DNA of 64,000 nucleotides from assembly GCA_963804995.1 (NCBI GenBank), contig CAWDSK010000006.1, positions 1,824,001 to 1,888,000 on the forward strand, read 5' to 3'. Of this stretch, positions 10,342 to 21,165 are shown in pieces (the stretch's first letter is position 1; each line of letters begins with the position of its first letter). The notes below the pieces were generated by a model. The model did not search any database, was not told the DNA's origin, and was given only the letters and a program-made list of their open reading frames with translations. The position numbers and the translations under genes are program-made. Source of the stretch: an uncultured Acidobacteriota bacterium. GTDB lineage: Bacteria; Acidobacteriota; Terriglobia; UBA7540.

Positions 10342-10821
10342 ATGAATGAGAAAATCAAGGCTCTGCTAGTGCAAGCCCAGCCCGATCCGTGCGACGCTCT
10401 GCGCATGGAGCTGGAAGAACATGCGATGGATATTCGCATCGCCAGGAATTGCGGCGAGGCAGCGATGATTCTGTGGTCTGACCAGCCGCCGCATCTGGTG
10501 TTCACAGAAGTTCAGCTTGCCGATGGCCATTGGAGCGATGTTCTGACCCTGGCCGCCAAAGCCTCCGCGCCCGTCAACGTAATCGTGGTGGCCGCGCACG
10601 TGGATGTGGGCTTCTATATTTCGGCAATCGAGCGCGGCGCCTTCGATTTTATCGTCCCGCCCTTTGCCGCGCCTGAACTCCTGCACATTGTCCGCAGCGC
10701 CGCGCAAAACGCGTTGAGCCGCCGCCAGGCACAAGCCCTGACCGGGGCGCCGGCCTCTCTCCTCGATTTACAGCCTGCCGAGCACAAGAAAGAACATGCC
10801 CTGGCCGGCGCCGAGGACTAA
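10342..10821 (+). CDS. Atypical response regulator receiver protein
   Basis: Receiver fold (GAFDFIVPPF); canonical phospho-Asp position appears to be Glu (LVFTEVQL). Confidence 0.7.
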   Translation: MNEKIKALLVQAQPDPCDALRMELEEHAMDIRIARNCGEAAMILWSDQPPHLVFTEVQLADGHWSDVLTLAAKASAPVNVIVVAAHVDVGFYISAIERGAFDFIVPPFAAPELLHIVRSAAQNALSRRQAQALTGAPASLLDLQPAEHKKEHALAGAED

Positions 10822-10919
10822 GCCTGAAAGACCTCAACTTCATCATTTGGACTCAACCCTCCCCCAATGAATGAGTCTCGAAACCGGTTGGCGGAACCTA
10901 CCGAGACGACTGAAAATTC

Positions 10920-11927
10920 CTATTTTCCTCCCCGCGTCTTCTTCGGCTCGGCGATCGGCCCGATGTAGGACGTGGCGGCGACCACGTCGTCAAACCACTT
11001 CCGGTTCTCGCGGAGGTCGTTGGGACGCAAGTAGAGCCCGATGCCGAAGGTGTTGATCTTGAGGCTTGCCACGTCGCGGAATCTGAAGTTGGGGAAATCC
11101 GCGATCAGCTTGCCGTCCACCCACAGGGCGACACGCCCGTCGCTCTGGCCCGGCGTATTGGCCTGGACCATGAACTCGTAGCAGTACCAGCGGTCCAACT
11201 CCGGAATGAAGTCCGGGCGGGGGACAAACTGCGGTCCGAAGGAGATCGGTGGCGGCGCCGGTGATCGTACGATGGAGGGCACGACCTTGCCGGTGGGGTA
11301 AATGTGATCGCCGAAGCTACCGCCTTGCTCGGGATGGTAGACATAGATATTGAGCGGGCCTGGCGACGGACTATCGCCCCGCTCGGTCTCGAAGTTGACC
11401 AGGAACTTGTTGGTTCCGTCGGCGGGAAATCCCGGGGTCGCTCGCCCCTCGGGGGTGTTGTAGTGAGCGGCGATCATTCCGCCGTTGTGAGTCGAGCCGC
11501 CGGGATGGTCATAGCCCTTCTCGAACTTCGCATAGAAGCGCAGGAAGACAACGTCCTGTTCATTCTTGATGTACTGGGTGAGCCCGATGGAAAGCCCTTC
11601 CCGTTCGAGGGGCATCGCGAACTCGACCGCGCGTTTGCCCTGGTGGACGTTGGCAGGCTCTTCGGCGATGCGCATGTTCGCCTCATGATACACGGCGCTC
11701 CACTTCTGATGGAGATCCGCCGGCTGCGCGTACTCCTCGAAGCCATCGTGGAAAAGGACCGCGGGATCGCTCTCAATACCCTCGTCGCCGGGATATCTCG
11801 CGGCAATCCCCGCATCGCCCTCCGGCAACCGCGGCAGCGGTGCGGACGCGGTCGTCTGACCGGCGGCCGCAACTGCCCCGGCAAGCATCATGAACGTCAG
11901 AACCAGCCAACCGCTGCGCATCACCAT
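10920..11927 (-). CDS. Secreted polysaccharide-lyase-like beta-sandwich protein
   Basis: Signal peptide; VLFHDGFE, RWYCYEFMVQANTPGQSDGRVALWVDG, WFDDVVAAT. Confidence 0.55.
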   Translation of the reverse strand: MVMRSGWLVLTFMMLAGAVAAAGQTTASAPLPRLPEGDAGIAARYPGDEGIESDPAVLFHDGFEEYAQPADLHQKWSAVYHEANMRIAEEPANVHQGKRAVEFAMPLEREGLSIGLTQYIKNEQDVVFLRFYAKFEKGYDHPGGSTHNGGMIAAHYNTPEGRATPGFPADGTNKFLVNFETERGDSPSPGPLNIYVYHPEQGGSFGDHIYPTGKVVPSIVRSPAPPPISFGPQFVPRPDFIPELDRWYCYEFMVQANTPGQSDGRVALWVDGKLIADFPNFRFRDVASLKINTFGIGLYLRPNDLRENRKWFDDVVAATSYIGPIAEPKKTRGGK

Positions 11928-12131
11928 TGCAACTCCTGCCTTGCCAACCGCTCGGCTCTCCGTATGGTTGACCCGGAACTTCCGATTTCAGCTTTACGTC
12001 TCGGCAAAATCATACGCCTGCTGCCAAACCGGGTCAAAACCGAATCACCGTGGCCTCTTTTGGATGGCTTTGGGCCTCGTTTTGGCTGTTGCACTCACTC
12101 TAACCGGCCCATGACCTCACGGCCACTCTGG

Positions 12132-12641
12132 TCACGTCTCTCTTAGCAATGTCCAGATCCAGCCAATGAAGGTCATAACGAGGAAGGGATATGCGAAGAA
12201 CGGCAACGGTGATGAGGTTGGCAACAACTGTTCACCCCCGAAGATTCTGGCAGCCGTAATCGCAAACAGGATTGAACTGGCGACGCCCACCAAGCGAACC
12301 AACAGGGGGAATTCTTTCGGAATACTGATTAACAAAATGGAAGTAGCCCAAAGGGCCGTACCCGCCGCAAACGCCGGGACGCTTCCGGCCAGACTCGCAG
12401 CCGTCCCCGAAAGCATGACGGCCTCTCCAATCGCAAATACCAGGAACCCCGCGGCCACGAAGTCATTCCCCTTTCGGAAATACTTCAAAGTCAACAAGCT
12501 GGTGGCCATCACCAGGCCGAGGCTATCGAACGCCCATAAACTGTTGCGAAGTTCCGGCTGCGCGACGAAGGTCCCCGCCATTCCAAATATTGCGCCAATG
12601 GCAAGGCCAACTGCGGCTGCGACGTTCAGTGAGTTTTTCAT
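12132..12641 (-). CDS. Hypothetical multi-pass membrane protein
   Basis: About six hydrophobic helices; GGAG upstream of ATG 12641. Confidence 0.7.
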   Translation of the reverse strand: MKNSLNVAAAVGLAIGAIFGMAGTFVAQPELRNSLWAFDSLGLVMATSLLTLKYFRKGNDFVAAGFLVFAIGEAVMLSGTAASLAGSVPAFAAGTALWATSILLISIPKEFPLLVRLVGVASSILFAITAARIFGGEQLLPTSSPLPFFAYPFLVMTFIGWIWTLLRET

Positions 12642-12878
12642 TTCGGTCGCTCCGTATGATGCTGGAATCCTGCGGGCGGCAATTCCCGCCAAGTTGAGCC
12701 AGCGGATTGACTCGTCACCGCTGCGCTTGCCGCCCGCGCGCAAGGTGCGGGGCAAGCACCGTAGTAGGTAGCCACGGTCAGAGCTCTTGTGACCGTGGTC
12801 TTTTCCTCAGATAAAGAACCCACGGTCAATTCCAAAAACGAATTGACCGTGGCTACCTGCTCGCAAGGGAACAAACCC

Positions 12879-13841
12879 CTAAGGCACCAGCACAATCTTG
12901 CCGAATGCACCCGGTTCCATGACGGCACGATGCGCCTTGGCTACGTCTGCCAGGGGAAATTCCCTGCCCACCACGGGGCGCAGGGTTCCACTCGCGAGCC
13001 CCGCCCCCAGCGCGGCGTGGATGGCCGCAAGCTCTTCCCGGCTGGCGTTGAAGAGAACCATTCCCAAGACCGCCGCGTCACGGCGCATGATCTCGCGGGG
13101 GTTGATCTCGATGGCTCCACGGTTGCCAATCACCACCACGCGCCCTTTTTGCGCCAGCACGGTGAGGTCCTTGGCAAGATTCACATTGGCCAGCATCTCC
13201 AGGACGATATTCACTCCGCGACCCGCCGTGAGTTTTTGAATCTCGTCGAGATATCCCGGCGCATGATGGTCGAGCACGTGGTGCGCGCCCTGTACGGCAA
13301 CCAGCTCGCGCCCGCGTTCAGTGCCCGCCGTCCCGATCACGGTCAGACCCGCGGCGCGCGCCAATTGCACGCTTGCCACGCCCACTCCGCCGCTCGCCCC
13401 GTGAACGAGGATCGTCTCTCCCGGCTGGGCATGCCCGATTTGGAATAATCCGCGATAGGCCGTCGCGTAAGGTACATGCACCGCGGCTCCTTGCGCAAAA
13501 GTCACGTTGGGAGGAAGCGGGTGGACCTGCCACGCCTCGCAGAGCGCCTGCTCCGCGTAAACTCCGCTGAGGGCCCAGCCGGTGTAAACCCGGTCACCGG
13601 CCCGGAAGCCCTCAACCCCAGGCCCCACGGAATCCACCACGCCCGCCGCGTCACTGCCCGGGGTGTAAGGGAGCGCGGGCTTGATGGCATAGGTTCCGGT
13701 GCGAATGTAAGACTCCACGGGATTCACTCCCGCCGCTTTTACCCGCACTACCACTTGGCCCGCCGCCGCCACGAGGTCGGGAGCCTCTTCCAGCTTCATG
13801 ACTTCCGGATCACCGAATTCATGGACTCGTATAATTTTCAC
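12879..13841 (-). CDS. NADPH:quinone reductase (zeta-crystallin/QOR family)
   Basis: AAGVNPVE, PYTPGSDAAG, HGASGGVG, GKIVL. Confidence 0.92.
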   Translation of the reverse strand: MKIIRVHEFGDPEVMKLEEAPDLVAAAGQVVVRVKAAGVNPVESYIRTGTYAIKPALPYTPGSDAAGVVDSVGPGVEGFRAGDRVYTGWALSGVYAEQALCEAWQVHPLPPNVTFAQGAAVHVPYATAYRGLFQIGHAQPGETILVHGASGGVGVASVQLARAAGLTVIGTAGTERGRELVAVQGAHHVLDHHAPGYLDEIQKLTAGRGVNIVLEMLANVNLAKDLTVLAQKGRVVVIGNRGAIEINPREIMRRDAAVLGMVLFNASREELAAIHAALGAGLASGTLRPVVGREFPLADVAKAHRAVMEPGAFGKIVLVP

Positions 13842-13863
13842 AGTTTCTCTCCTTGCCTGTTGG

Positions 13864-13989
13864 CTAACAGGCTATTCAAAACCCCCTACGGTGCAACGTA
13901 GCGGCGGGTTTACCCCGCCATATCGCCAACGATTTCGACAGCGGATGGCGGGGTAAACCCGCCGCTACGCCTTTCATCATCAGCACTAA
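13864..13989. mobile_element. Degenerate MITE carrying a GTAG-REP doublet (copy of 47355-47482)
   Basis: CAGGCT left end; GTAGCGGCGGGTTTACCCCGCC...GGCGGGGTAAACCCGCCGCTAC at 13898-13968. Confidence 0.7.
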
Positions 13990-14164
13990 TTTACCATCAG
14001 CCCCGCGTTATGTCTGATTCCCTGCCGCTCATACTCTTATGTTGTGTATTTTCAATAACATCGCCGCTAAAGGGAAAAGTGGCACCAACAACGTGTCTGT
14101 TCGTATTGATCCCAAAGAACATCGCCAGACTCACCTTCATTTTAACATCTTTTTTTCCGCCAAG

Positions 14165-14399
14165 TTGGTCGCCACTCAAAGCCGCCGCAAATTTGCGGGC
14201 CAAGCTGCTGATCATCCACGGCACGTCCGAGGACAATGTGCATCTGCAAAACACCATCAACTTTCTCAACGCGCTGATCCGTGCCGGCAAGCCTTATGAG
14301 TTTCACTTGCAGCCGGGACAGAAGCACGGCTTTCAGGGAAATATTCCCCGAACCTACGTCGACCAGCGCATCCTGGACTTCCTTAAACAAGGCTTGTGA
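14165..14399 (+). pseudogene. C-terminal fragment of an S9/dipeptidyl-peptidase IV family peptidase
   Basis: AANLRAKLLIIHGTSEDNVHLQNT...PGQKHGF (Asp/His region only; no N-terminal part). Confidence 0.75.
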
Positions 14400-15050
14400 G
14401 GGGCGAGTTGGGGAGTAGAGAATTCCCTGCATCTTCAATAACCCCTTTTCTTTTCATCAACATCTTAGGAAGAGAGCTTTATCTCCCTTATTTTCAATAC
14501 TATGGTAGAAGGGCATGAAACCGACATTTTTTCTATATTTGTTTTCAATAAGATAGTTAAACATACCTTCATTTTTGCCCCCCGCGTTTTGTAGCCCCCG
14601 GAGCCACCGCTCATGTTAACTTGTGTAAATCCAATGAGTTGACAGTTTATTGGGGTCGCAGCTAATTCTCCTAACTGCCTTTATTATCATCAACATATTC
14701 TGAGGAAAATCGTAATTTGTCTGCTTCCCACAAGGTCATTTCCAACCCTTTTTCTTCACATCCCCCCGAGGGGCGGGACTCGTGATTCTGAACTCGTAAA
14801 TTGCGCTCGCTGCCCAATGCCTACTGCTGCTCCCTGGCACCCGGCGCCTAGCACTTAACATATAGATTAACATTTATTGTTGGGGTAATTGCAACAGAAA
14901 GATTTACGCGCGGGCTACCGGTAGCCCAGAAATGAAATGGATCGGACAAATCGCCCGTCGCCGGGAAGAAATATGCGTAGAGAAAACTAAAAGCGCCCCA
15001 AGGGCGGGCGCGTGATGTGGTTATTGCGAGCAGCGCTTGGCGAACAAAAA

Positions 15051-15168
15051 CTAGTGTGGTGTCCCGTGTTAGAGTTGACAATGGGTAGAACCCCCTCACC
15101 CGTCTGGCCTCGGCTGATGAGAACGCCTCGGACAGCCTTGTCAAATATTAACCGGGACACCACACTAG
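15051..15168. mobile_element. CTAG-bounded MITE with partial CCCCTCACCC repeat
   Basis: CTAGTGTGGTGTCCCG / CGGGACACCACACTAG 16-bp perfect inverted repeat. Confidence 0.75.
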
Positions 15169-15215
15169 GCGACGCATTTGGGGTAAGATAATCTTTGCTA
15201 ATCAGGGAAGGCGCA

Positions 15216-16421
15216 ATGCGCAGGCGAAGCGAGCGAGACACACAGATGAGGGAGTCGTTGCATTCCGGGTCATCAACTCGATACCCCGATCCGAGGATAG
15301 GTTGGCGCGGCCGTCGCGCGATAGGGGTGGCGCTTGCAATCGCGGCTTTACTAGTGACGGGGAGCGACCTCCGCACACCCGCTCAAAACCCCACGCCGCC
15401 AGCGGCACCAGCAGCAACCCCCGCGGCAAGCGAACCGGCGCATCAAGAGGAGACTGCGCCCCCCGCGACCAAGAGTATTGAACGGGTTCGAGTCGAAGTC
15501 GTCAACGTCCCCGTGACCGTCCTCAACAAGCGGGGACAGGTGGTCATTGATCTGACCAAGGATGATTTCGAAATCTATGAAGATGGAGTGAAGCAGAATA
15601 TCCGCTACTTCAACCGCGAGACGCAAACGCCCCTGCACATTGGGATCATCCTTGACACCAGCAACAGCGCGCGCCGCCAGTTACCCTTTCAAAAGGATGC
15701 CGCCACCGAGTTCGCGTACACAATCCTGCAAGGCAGAAGCAGTAAGAACAAAATCTTTCTGCAAACCTTCGACTCCACAAGTTCCGTTATTCAGGATTTT
15801 ACGAACGATCCGGATCTCCTGAATGAAAAGATCCAGGAGCTCAAGGCCGGCGGTGGAAAGGCCCTTTTCGACGCGATCTACTTTGCCTGCCGGGAAAAAA
15901 TGCTGAAGTCCGGCGACCCCGAGGAAACTCGACGAGTTCTGGTCGTCATGAGCGACGGCCTCAACGTGCAGAGCCAGCACACCCTGGACGAGGTCATTTC
16001 CATGGCGCGCCAGGCCGAGACCATGATCTACACTATCGGCAACGCCGCCTATGGGTACACGAATACGGGAGACGACTTGCTTGAGAAGTTGGCCGACGCC
16101 ACCGGGGGAGCAGCCTTCTTCCCGCTGAGGGTCTCGCCCGGCGCCGACATGGAGACGGGATACCTCTCCCACGGGCAAATCGGTGAGACCTCCCAAAACA
16201 AAGGCCTGGGAGCGGAGACAGGAAAGTACTCAGCGGAGCGCGGGATACAATTGGCGGATGCCTTGGAGGCCATCAGCCGCCAACTGGATGAGCAGTACAA
16301 CATCGGCTACACGCCGTTACGTAGCGCCCTGGACGGAACATATCGCTCCATCAAGGTTGTAGGCACGCGTCGCGGTTTGAACATGCGTTGGAAACCCGGC
16401 TACTTTGCTGCAGTGCAATAA
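15216..16421 (+). CDS. VWA domain protein (Acidobacterial VWFA type); start uncertain
   Basis: VNVPVTV...DLTKDDFEIYEDG, LDTSNS MIDAS motif, QYNIGYTP, GYFA C-terminus. Confidence 0.88.
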   Translation: MRRRSERDTQMRESLHSGSSTRYPDPRIGWRGRRAIGVALAIAALLVTGSDLRTPAQNPTPPAAPAATPAASEPAHQEETAPPATKSIERVRVEVVNVPVTVLNKRGQVVIDLTKDDFEIYEDGVKQNIRYFNRETQTPLHIGIILDTSNSARRQLPFQKDAATEFAYTILQGRSSKNKIFLQTFDSTSSVIQDFTNDPDLLNEKIQELKAGGGKALFDAIYFACREKMLKSGDPEETRRVLVVMSDGLNVQSQHTLDEVISMARQAETMIYTIGNAAYGYTNTGDDLLEKLADATGGAAFFPLRVSPGADMETGYLSHGQIGETSQNKGLGAETGKYSAERGIQLADALEAISRQLDEQYNIGYTPLRSALDGTYRSIKVVGTRRGLNMRWKPGYFAAVQ

Positions 16422-16462
16422 TCACCTCTTTTCTCAGATAACACTTCAGGTTGGAGGATACG

Positions 16463-17179
16463 ATGAGCAACGCCCTGGAGGCATTGGCCGCACTTCGCCA
16501 CGCGCGGGTGATCGATTTAAGCCAAACCTTGGAAGAACACATGCCGCATTTTCCCACTCACTCCAAGTTCTTCCACACCCTTTGGGGGTCCTATTGGCAT
16601 GGAGGGCGTTCCTTGAGCTACCAATTAGTGATGCACGAGCACAATGGGACCCACGTGGATGCTCCCGCTCATTTCATCAGCGACGCGAAACCGGAGGCCC
16701 ATGTGACGATCGAGCAGGTGCCGGCGACACGACTCCTCGGCCGGGGCGTGCGAGTGAATTGTCAGGGGATGCGACCCGGTGAATATGTTTCTAAGCACCA
16801 CCTCGTCGATTGGGAGAGCCAGCACGGCACCCTCCAGGCCGGTGACATCGTCTTGTTTGATTTTGGTTGGTCGGTGAAATGGGGATTGCGTCCTCACGAT
16901 CAGAGTTACGCCGAGGATTGGCCAGGGGTGGGCATGGAAGCCGCGGAGTATCTTATTTCAAAGCAGGTCGCCGCCATCGGCGTGGACACGCTCTCGCCAG
17001 ATCCGCCCGAAGCGCTGCGCGCCCAACCCATCCATCCCGTAGTTCTCGAAAAACAAGTCCTGATCATTGAGAACCTTTGCAACTTGGACCAGCTTCCTGA
17101 TTTTTTCCTCTTCGCCGCATTGCCGCTCAAAATTCGCGCGGGATCTGGTTCGCCCATTCGTGCCGTGGCGCTTGTCTAG
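16463..17179 (+). CDS. Cyclase family protein (kynurenine formamidase-like)
   Basis: HNGTHVDAPAH, GVDTLSPD, IIENL, GSGSPIRAVA. Confidence 0.9.
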   Translation: MSNALEALAALRHARVIDLSQTLEEHMPHFPTHSKFFHTLWGSYWHGGRSLSYQLVMHEHNGTHVDAPAHFISDAKPEAHVTIEQVPATRLLGRGVRVNCQGMRPGEYVSKHHLVDWESQHGTLQAGDIVLFDFGWSVKWGLRPHDQSYAEDWPGVGMEAAEYLISKQVAAIGVDTLSPDPPEALRAQPIHPVVLEKQVLIIENLCNLDQLPDFFLFAALPLKIRAGSGSPIRAVALV

Positions 17180-17219
17180 TGGCCATGGTAAGTCTCCGCA
17201 AATGCCGACCCGAGTTTGA

Positions 17220-18491
17220 CTATTCACGTGGTGGCGCATGCGAGTGCAGAAGGAGGGTCAACCCCGCGGCAACAAGATATCCCAGACTGAGCAGCCCGAA
17301 CGCATGCAGGAAATTGCCGGTGCGATGGTTGAGGAATCCGACGGCAAGCGGGCCGAAGTAACCTCCCAGGTTCCCCAACGCGTTCACCAGACCCATGGCG
17401 GATCCCGAAGACGATCGAGGCAAAGTTTCCGTGGGGATGGCCCAAAAAGATCCCAGCACGCCGTAAGAGCCGGCGCCCACAAGCGAGATCGCCAGGAAGG
17501 CCAAACCGGGAGTGCGGGCGAGCAGAAGGATTGAGACCAACATCAAGACTCCCGCCCATGCCAGCCCGAAGGCCACATGCCCGCGCCGCTCGCGCCGCTT
17601 GTCAGAGTCACGCGAAATGAGGACCATGCCTACACCAGTCACCACGTAGGGAACTGCAAACAGGATCCCCACCAGCAGATTGCTCATCTTCTTGGCATTC
17701 TCGAGCGCCGAGGGAAGCCAAAACAGGTAGCCATAATTTCCAACGTTCAGTAGAAAGTAAACACCCACCATCACGAGAACCTGATACTGGAACAAGGTGC
17801 GCCAGATGGGGTCAGGTTTTACAGGCTGGAGTTCCTGGGACTCCTCGTGGAGAATAGTTTCAAGATGGGTGCGTTCCTCCGTTGATATCCAGCGGGCTTG
17901 GTGAGGGTGATCGTAGATGAAAACCCACCAGATGATCAGCCACAAAAAAGGAAGCGCGCCCTCCGCGATCAGCAACACCCGCCAATTCCAATGGCCTAGT
18001 ATCCAGCCCGAGAGCGGAGACGATAGGATGACGGAAACGGGAAGGCAGAGCATCCAGTAAGCATTGGCGCGGGCGCGCTCGCGGCGCGGGAACCAGTGCG
18101 AGAGCAGCACCAGGACCGCAGGCCACACCCCGCCCTCCGCCACTCCCAACAGAAAGCGCATCACCCAGAATTCCCGCCAGGTCGTGACGAACCCGCAGCC
18201 CATCGAGCATAAGCCCCAGAGGACCAGCAGAATGCTGACGAATCGTTTGGCGCTCCAACGCTGGGCCAGGTAGCCACCGGGAATCTGCAAAAACATGTAT
18301 CCCCAAAAGAAGATTCCTGCCGCATCGCCCGCTTGCGTCGGGTCCATGTGAAGTTCACGGCTCATGGAGGGCAACGCCAGCGAGATGTTCGTCCTGTCGA
18401 TGAACGCAATGGTGTACATGATGAACGCGACCGGGATGATGCGCAGCCAGCGTTCAGCAGGGGCCTGCGGGAGAGGTAAGGTAGACTCCAT
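17220..18491 (-). CDS. MFS transporter (ACS family)
   Basis: FIDRTNIS, RFLLGVAEGG, WFPRRERARA; about 12 TM helices. Confidence 0.92.
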   Translation of the reverse strand: MESTLPLPQAPAERWLRIIPVAFIMYTIAFIDRTNISLALPSMSRELHMDPTQAGDAAGIFFWGYMFLQIPGGYLAQRWSAKRFVSILLVLWGLCSMGCGFVTTWREFWVMRFLLGVAEGGVWPAVLVLLSHWFPRRERARANAYWMLCLPVSVILSSPLSGWILGHWNWRVLLIAEGALPFLWLIIWWVFIYDHPHQARWISTEERTHLETILHEESQELQPVKPDPIWRTLFQYQVLVMVGVYFLLNVGNYGYLFWLPSALENAKKMSNLLVGILFAVPYVVTGVGMVLISRDSDKRRERRGHVAFGLAWAGVLMLVSILLLARTPGLAFLAISLVGAGSYGVLGSFWAIPTETLPRSSSGSAMGLVNALGNLGGYFGPLAVGFLNHRTGNFLHAFGLLSLGYLVAAGLTLLLHSHAPPRE

Positions 18492-18676
18492 GACGTTTAA
18501 GTTAACCTCAGGAACTCCCTATATCAGGGGGCAAGATGAACGCACCGGACATTCCCAGGGTTCTTTGCCTTAGTGCGTTAAGCGGAATCTCTTCTTCATC
18601 CGAAGGAGCGGGGGCAGGATACCAGCAACTGTCGGTTGGATGCAATGCGGCATGAATTGTCTTCGGGCAGAAGGTA

Positions 18677-18903
18677 TTAGTGACCTGAGTCACAAGTTCG
18701 CTGATTATTAGAGAACCCCCTCACCCGTCCCGCCCCGGCTGATGAAAACGCCGGTGGCGGTCCACCCTCTCCCCCAAAGGGGCGAGGGCGACAAATTCAG
18801 ATTAACTCTCCCCTCGCCCCTTTGGGGGAGAGGGGCGGGGGTGAGGGGGTCGTCCTGGAACCCATTGAGACTTTGTCAGCGAACTTCTGACTCAGGACAC
18901 TAG
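18677..18903. mobile_element. MITE with IS630-like (C)TAG ends carrying a palindromic repeat doublet
   Basis: TAGTGACCTGAGTCACAAGTTCGCTGA / TCAGCGAACTTCTGACTCAGGACACTAG; second copy at 30982-31208. Confidence 0.8.
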
Positions 18904-18950
18904 TGACTCGTGCGTACGGAAGGCAATCGATGCGCCAATCAGCAGCAGCC

Positions 18951-19824
18951 TCAATTCCGGTCAGCTTGCGTCCGCGCTGCTTCCCAGGCCAACATGGCTT
19001 TTTTCCGCGCCGCGCCCCAGTGGTAACCGCCGATTCCTCCCGCTTTGCGGACGACGCGGTGGCAGGGAATGAGAAAGGCAATGGGATTCTTGCCCACGGC
19101 TCCCCCTACTGCCCGCGCGGCTCGTGCGCTGCACACCGTGCTGGCAAGATCTTCATAGGGGACCACCGAACCCATGGGAATCCTCAGCAAAGCTTCCCAC
19201 ACCTTGATCTGGAAATTTGTGCCGCGCAGGACGAGGGTTAGCGGCCGCCCTCCGCTGCTCTTCTCGCTGCCAAAAATGCGGCTAATATAAGGCTGTGTAA
19301 TCCGCGCGTTTTCTTCCAAGCGGGCTTCCGGCCAACGCTCCTGAAAATCACGAAGCGTCTGGGCAGGTCCACCGCTGTCCACAAATCCCAAACCGCAGAT
19401 GCCTCTGTCGGTCACCGCCAGCAGGCATTCGCCAAAGGGGCTCGGGTGAAAGCCATAGCAAATGTTGAGCCCGGCCCCTTGGGCTTTAAACTCACCCGGC
19501 GTCATGGCCTCAATGTTAACAAACAGGTCGTGCAGCCTCCCGGGACTCGAAAGGCCAGCGTCGTAAGTCGCGTTCGAGCACGCTATGGGAATCCGCCAAT
19601 AGTTTCTTGGCGTGCTCGAGGGTCAGGAATTGAATGAACCGCTTGGGGCTTATGCCCGCCCAGCGCCGGAACAGGCGCTGGAAGTGATACTCGCTCAAGT
19701 GCACGCTCTGGGCGACCTCGCGCAATTCCGGTTGGCGGTGATAGTTCTGTTCCAAGTAAAGGATGGCCTTCTCGATTCGCGAGTAATCCTGACTTGTCGA
19801 TTCCATATTTTTCGAGTCCTCCAT
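18951..19824 (-). CDS. Ada-like AraC-HTH / O6-methylguanine methyltransferase, frameshifted near 19575
   Basis: HFQRLFRRWAGISPK joined to GTNFQIKVWEAL and IPCHRV; one extra base splits VLDATYDAGLSSPGRLHDLFV. Confidence 0.88.
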
Positions 19825-19969
19825 TCAATCCTGATCCATCTTGAACGGAGCACAACGGTTGGGCAACCCGAATCTTGCTATCTTTGCGGCACGGGATTCG
19901 GGGTTAAGAACTTGAACTTCCGATTTGAGGCCTCTGAAAAGCCCGAACCCCAAATCCCGAATCCCAGCT

Positions 19970-20956
19970 TCATCTGTCAATTCCCATCATCCGCTCCTCG
20001 TCCAAGGTTGGGAGTCCGTCCGTGTCGGGAGCCACCGCCATGGGTCGCGCGGGATGGGAGAGAATCAAGGCCACCGCCCCAACAATCGTGACGGTAGCCA
20101 ACAATTCTCGCGACGAGACCCTCTCCCCCGCAAACAACCACCCAATAAAGACAGCCACAATTGGATTAACATACGCATAGGTGGAGATGCGCGCGGTTGA
20201 AACCACCTGCAGCAACCAGATATAAGCGGTAAATCCCAGGAGGGAACCGAATCCGACGAGATAAACCAGTCCGCCTGCGGAGCGCAGCGTAATCGCCCGC
20301 CAGTGCAGTTGACCACTTTCGCCCGCCAGGAAACCCAGCACGATGAGCATCGCGCCACCTGCCAGCATCTCCATCGCCGAAGCCAGGAACGGTGAGGCGG
20401 GAAGATTTGCGCCGCGCGAGTAGAGCGAACCGACCGCCCACGAGAGAGCCCCCAATACCAGCACGCTCGCGCCCAGGATGTCCACGCGGGTGCTTCCCCA
20501 AAGCTTCGCAGGCCCGACCAGAATCACCAGGCCGGTTACGGCGATTCCCAGTCCGCCCGCCACCCCGCCCACGAGCCGAGTACCGTCTTTACGCAGGCTA
20601 TCCAGTAGAACCATCCAAATGGGAATTGTGGCGAGCAGAATTGCTGCCAGACCGGAAGGAACGCGCTGCTCCGACCAGACCAGTGCCCCATTTCCGGCCA
20701 ATAACAGCAAGCCTCCCACCTTTGCTGCCGCCAGCCAGTTTTCACGCGTGGGCCGCGGGGCGCCCCTCACCCGCATGAACGCAAACAGAATCGACCCCGC
20801 AACCAAGAAACGCACCCCCGCCATCCAAAAGGGGGGGATCGTCTCGATCGCGAACTTGATCGCCAGATAAGTCGATCCCCACAAGACGTAAATGGCGGCA
20901 AACGCCAACACTATTTTGGCGCGTGATGGATGGCCGGCGTGAGGATGGTTAGCCAA
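19970..20956 (-). CDS. EamA/YedA family DMT transporter
   Basis: IYVLWGSTYLAI, STYAYVNPIVAV; about 10 TM helices. Confidence 0.92.
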   Translation of the reverse strand: MANHPHAGHPSRAKIVLAFAAIYVLWGSTYLAIKFAIETIPPFWMAGVRFLVAGSILFAFMRVRGAPRPTRENWLAAAKVGGLLLLAGNGALVWSEQRVPSGLAAILLATIPIWMVLLDSLRKDGTRLVGGVAGGLGIAVTGLVILVGPAKLWGSTRVDILGASVLVLGALSWAVGSLYSRGANLPASPFLASAMEMLAGGAMLIVLGFLAGESGQLHWRAITLRSAGGLVYLVGFGSLLGFTAYIWLLQVVSTARISTYAYVNPIVAVFIGWLFAGERVSSRELLATVTIVGAVALILSHPARPMAVAPDTDGLPTLDEERMMGIDR

Positions 20957-21165
20957 GAACGCCTCCCCGGAAGTTTGTAGGACCCACGGTGAGTATTATT
21001 TTACCCGCTCTACAACGTCAAGGTCGATTTCGCCTTCATTCAACTGCGGAGGGTTCCACGTGTATTGCCCCCGCTGTCCGGCAGGCCTGGAAGTAATAGG
21101 CTTGACCCTTCTGCGACATCTGGGGGTATGATGTCTCCCGTGCAAGGCAGCACTTCTTAGCGACG

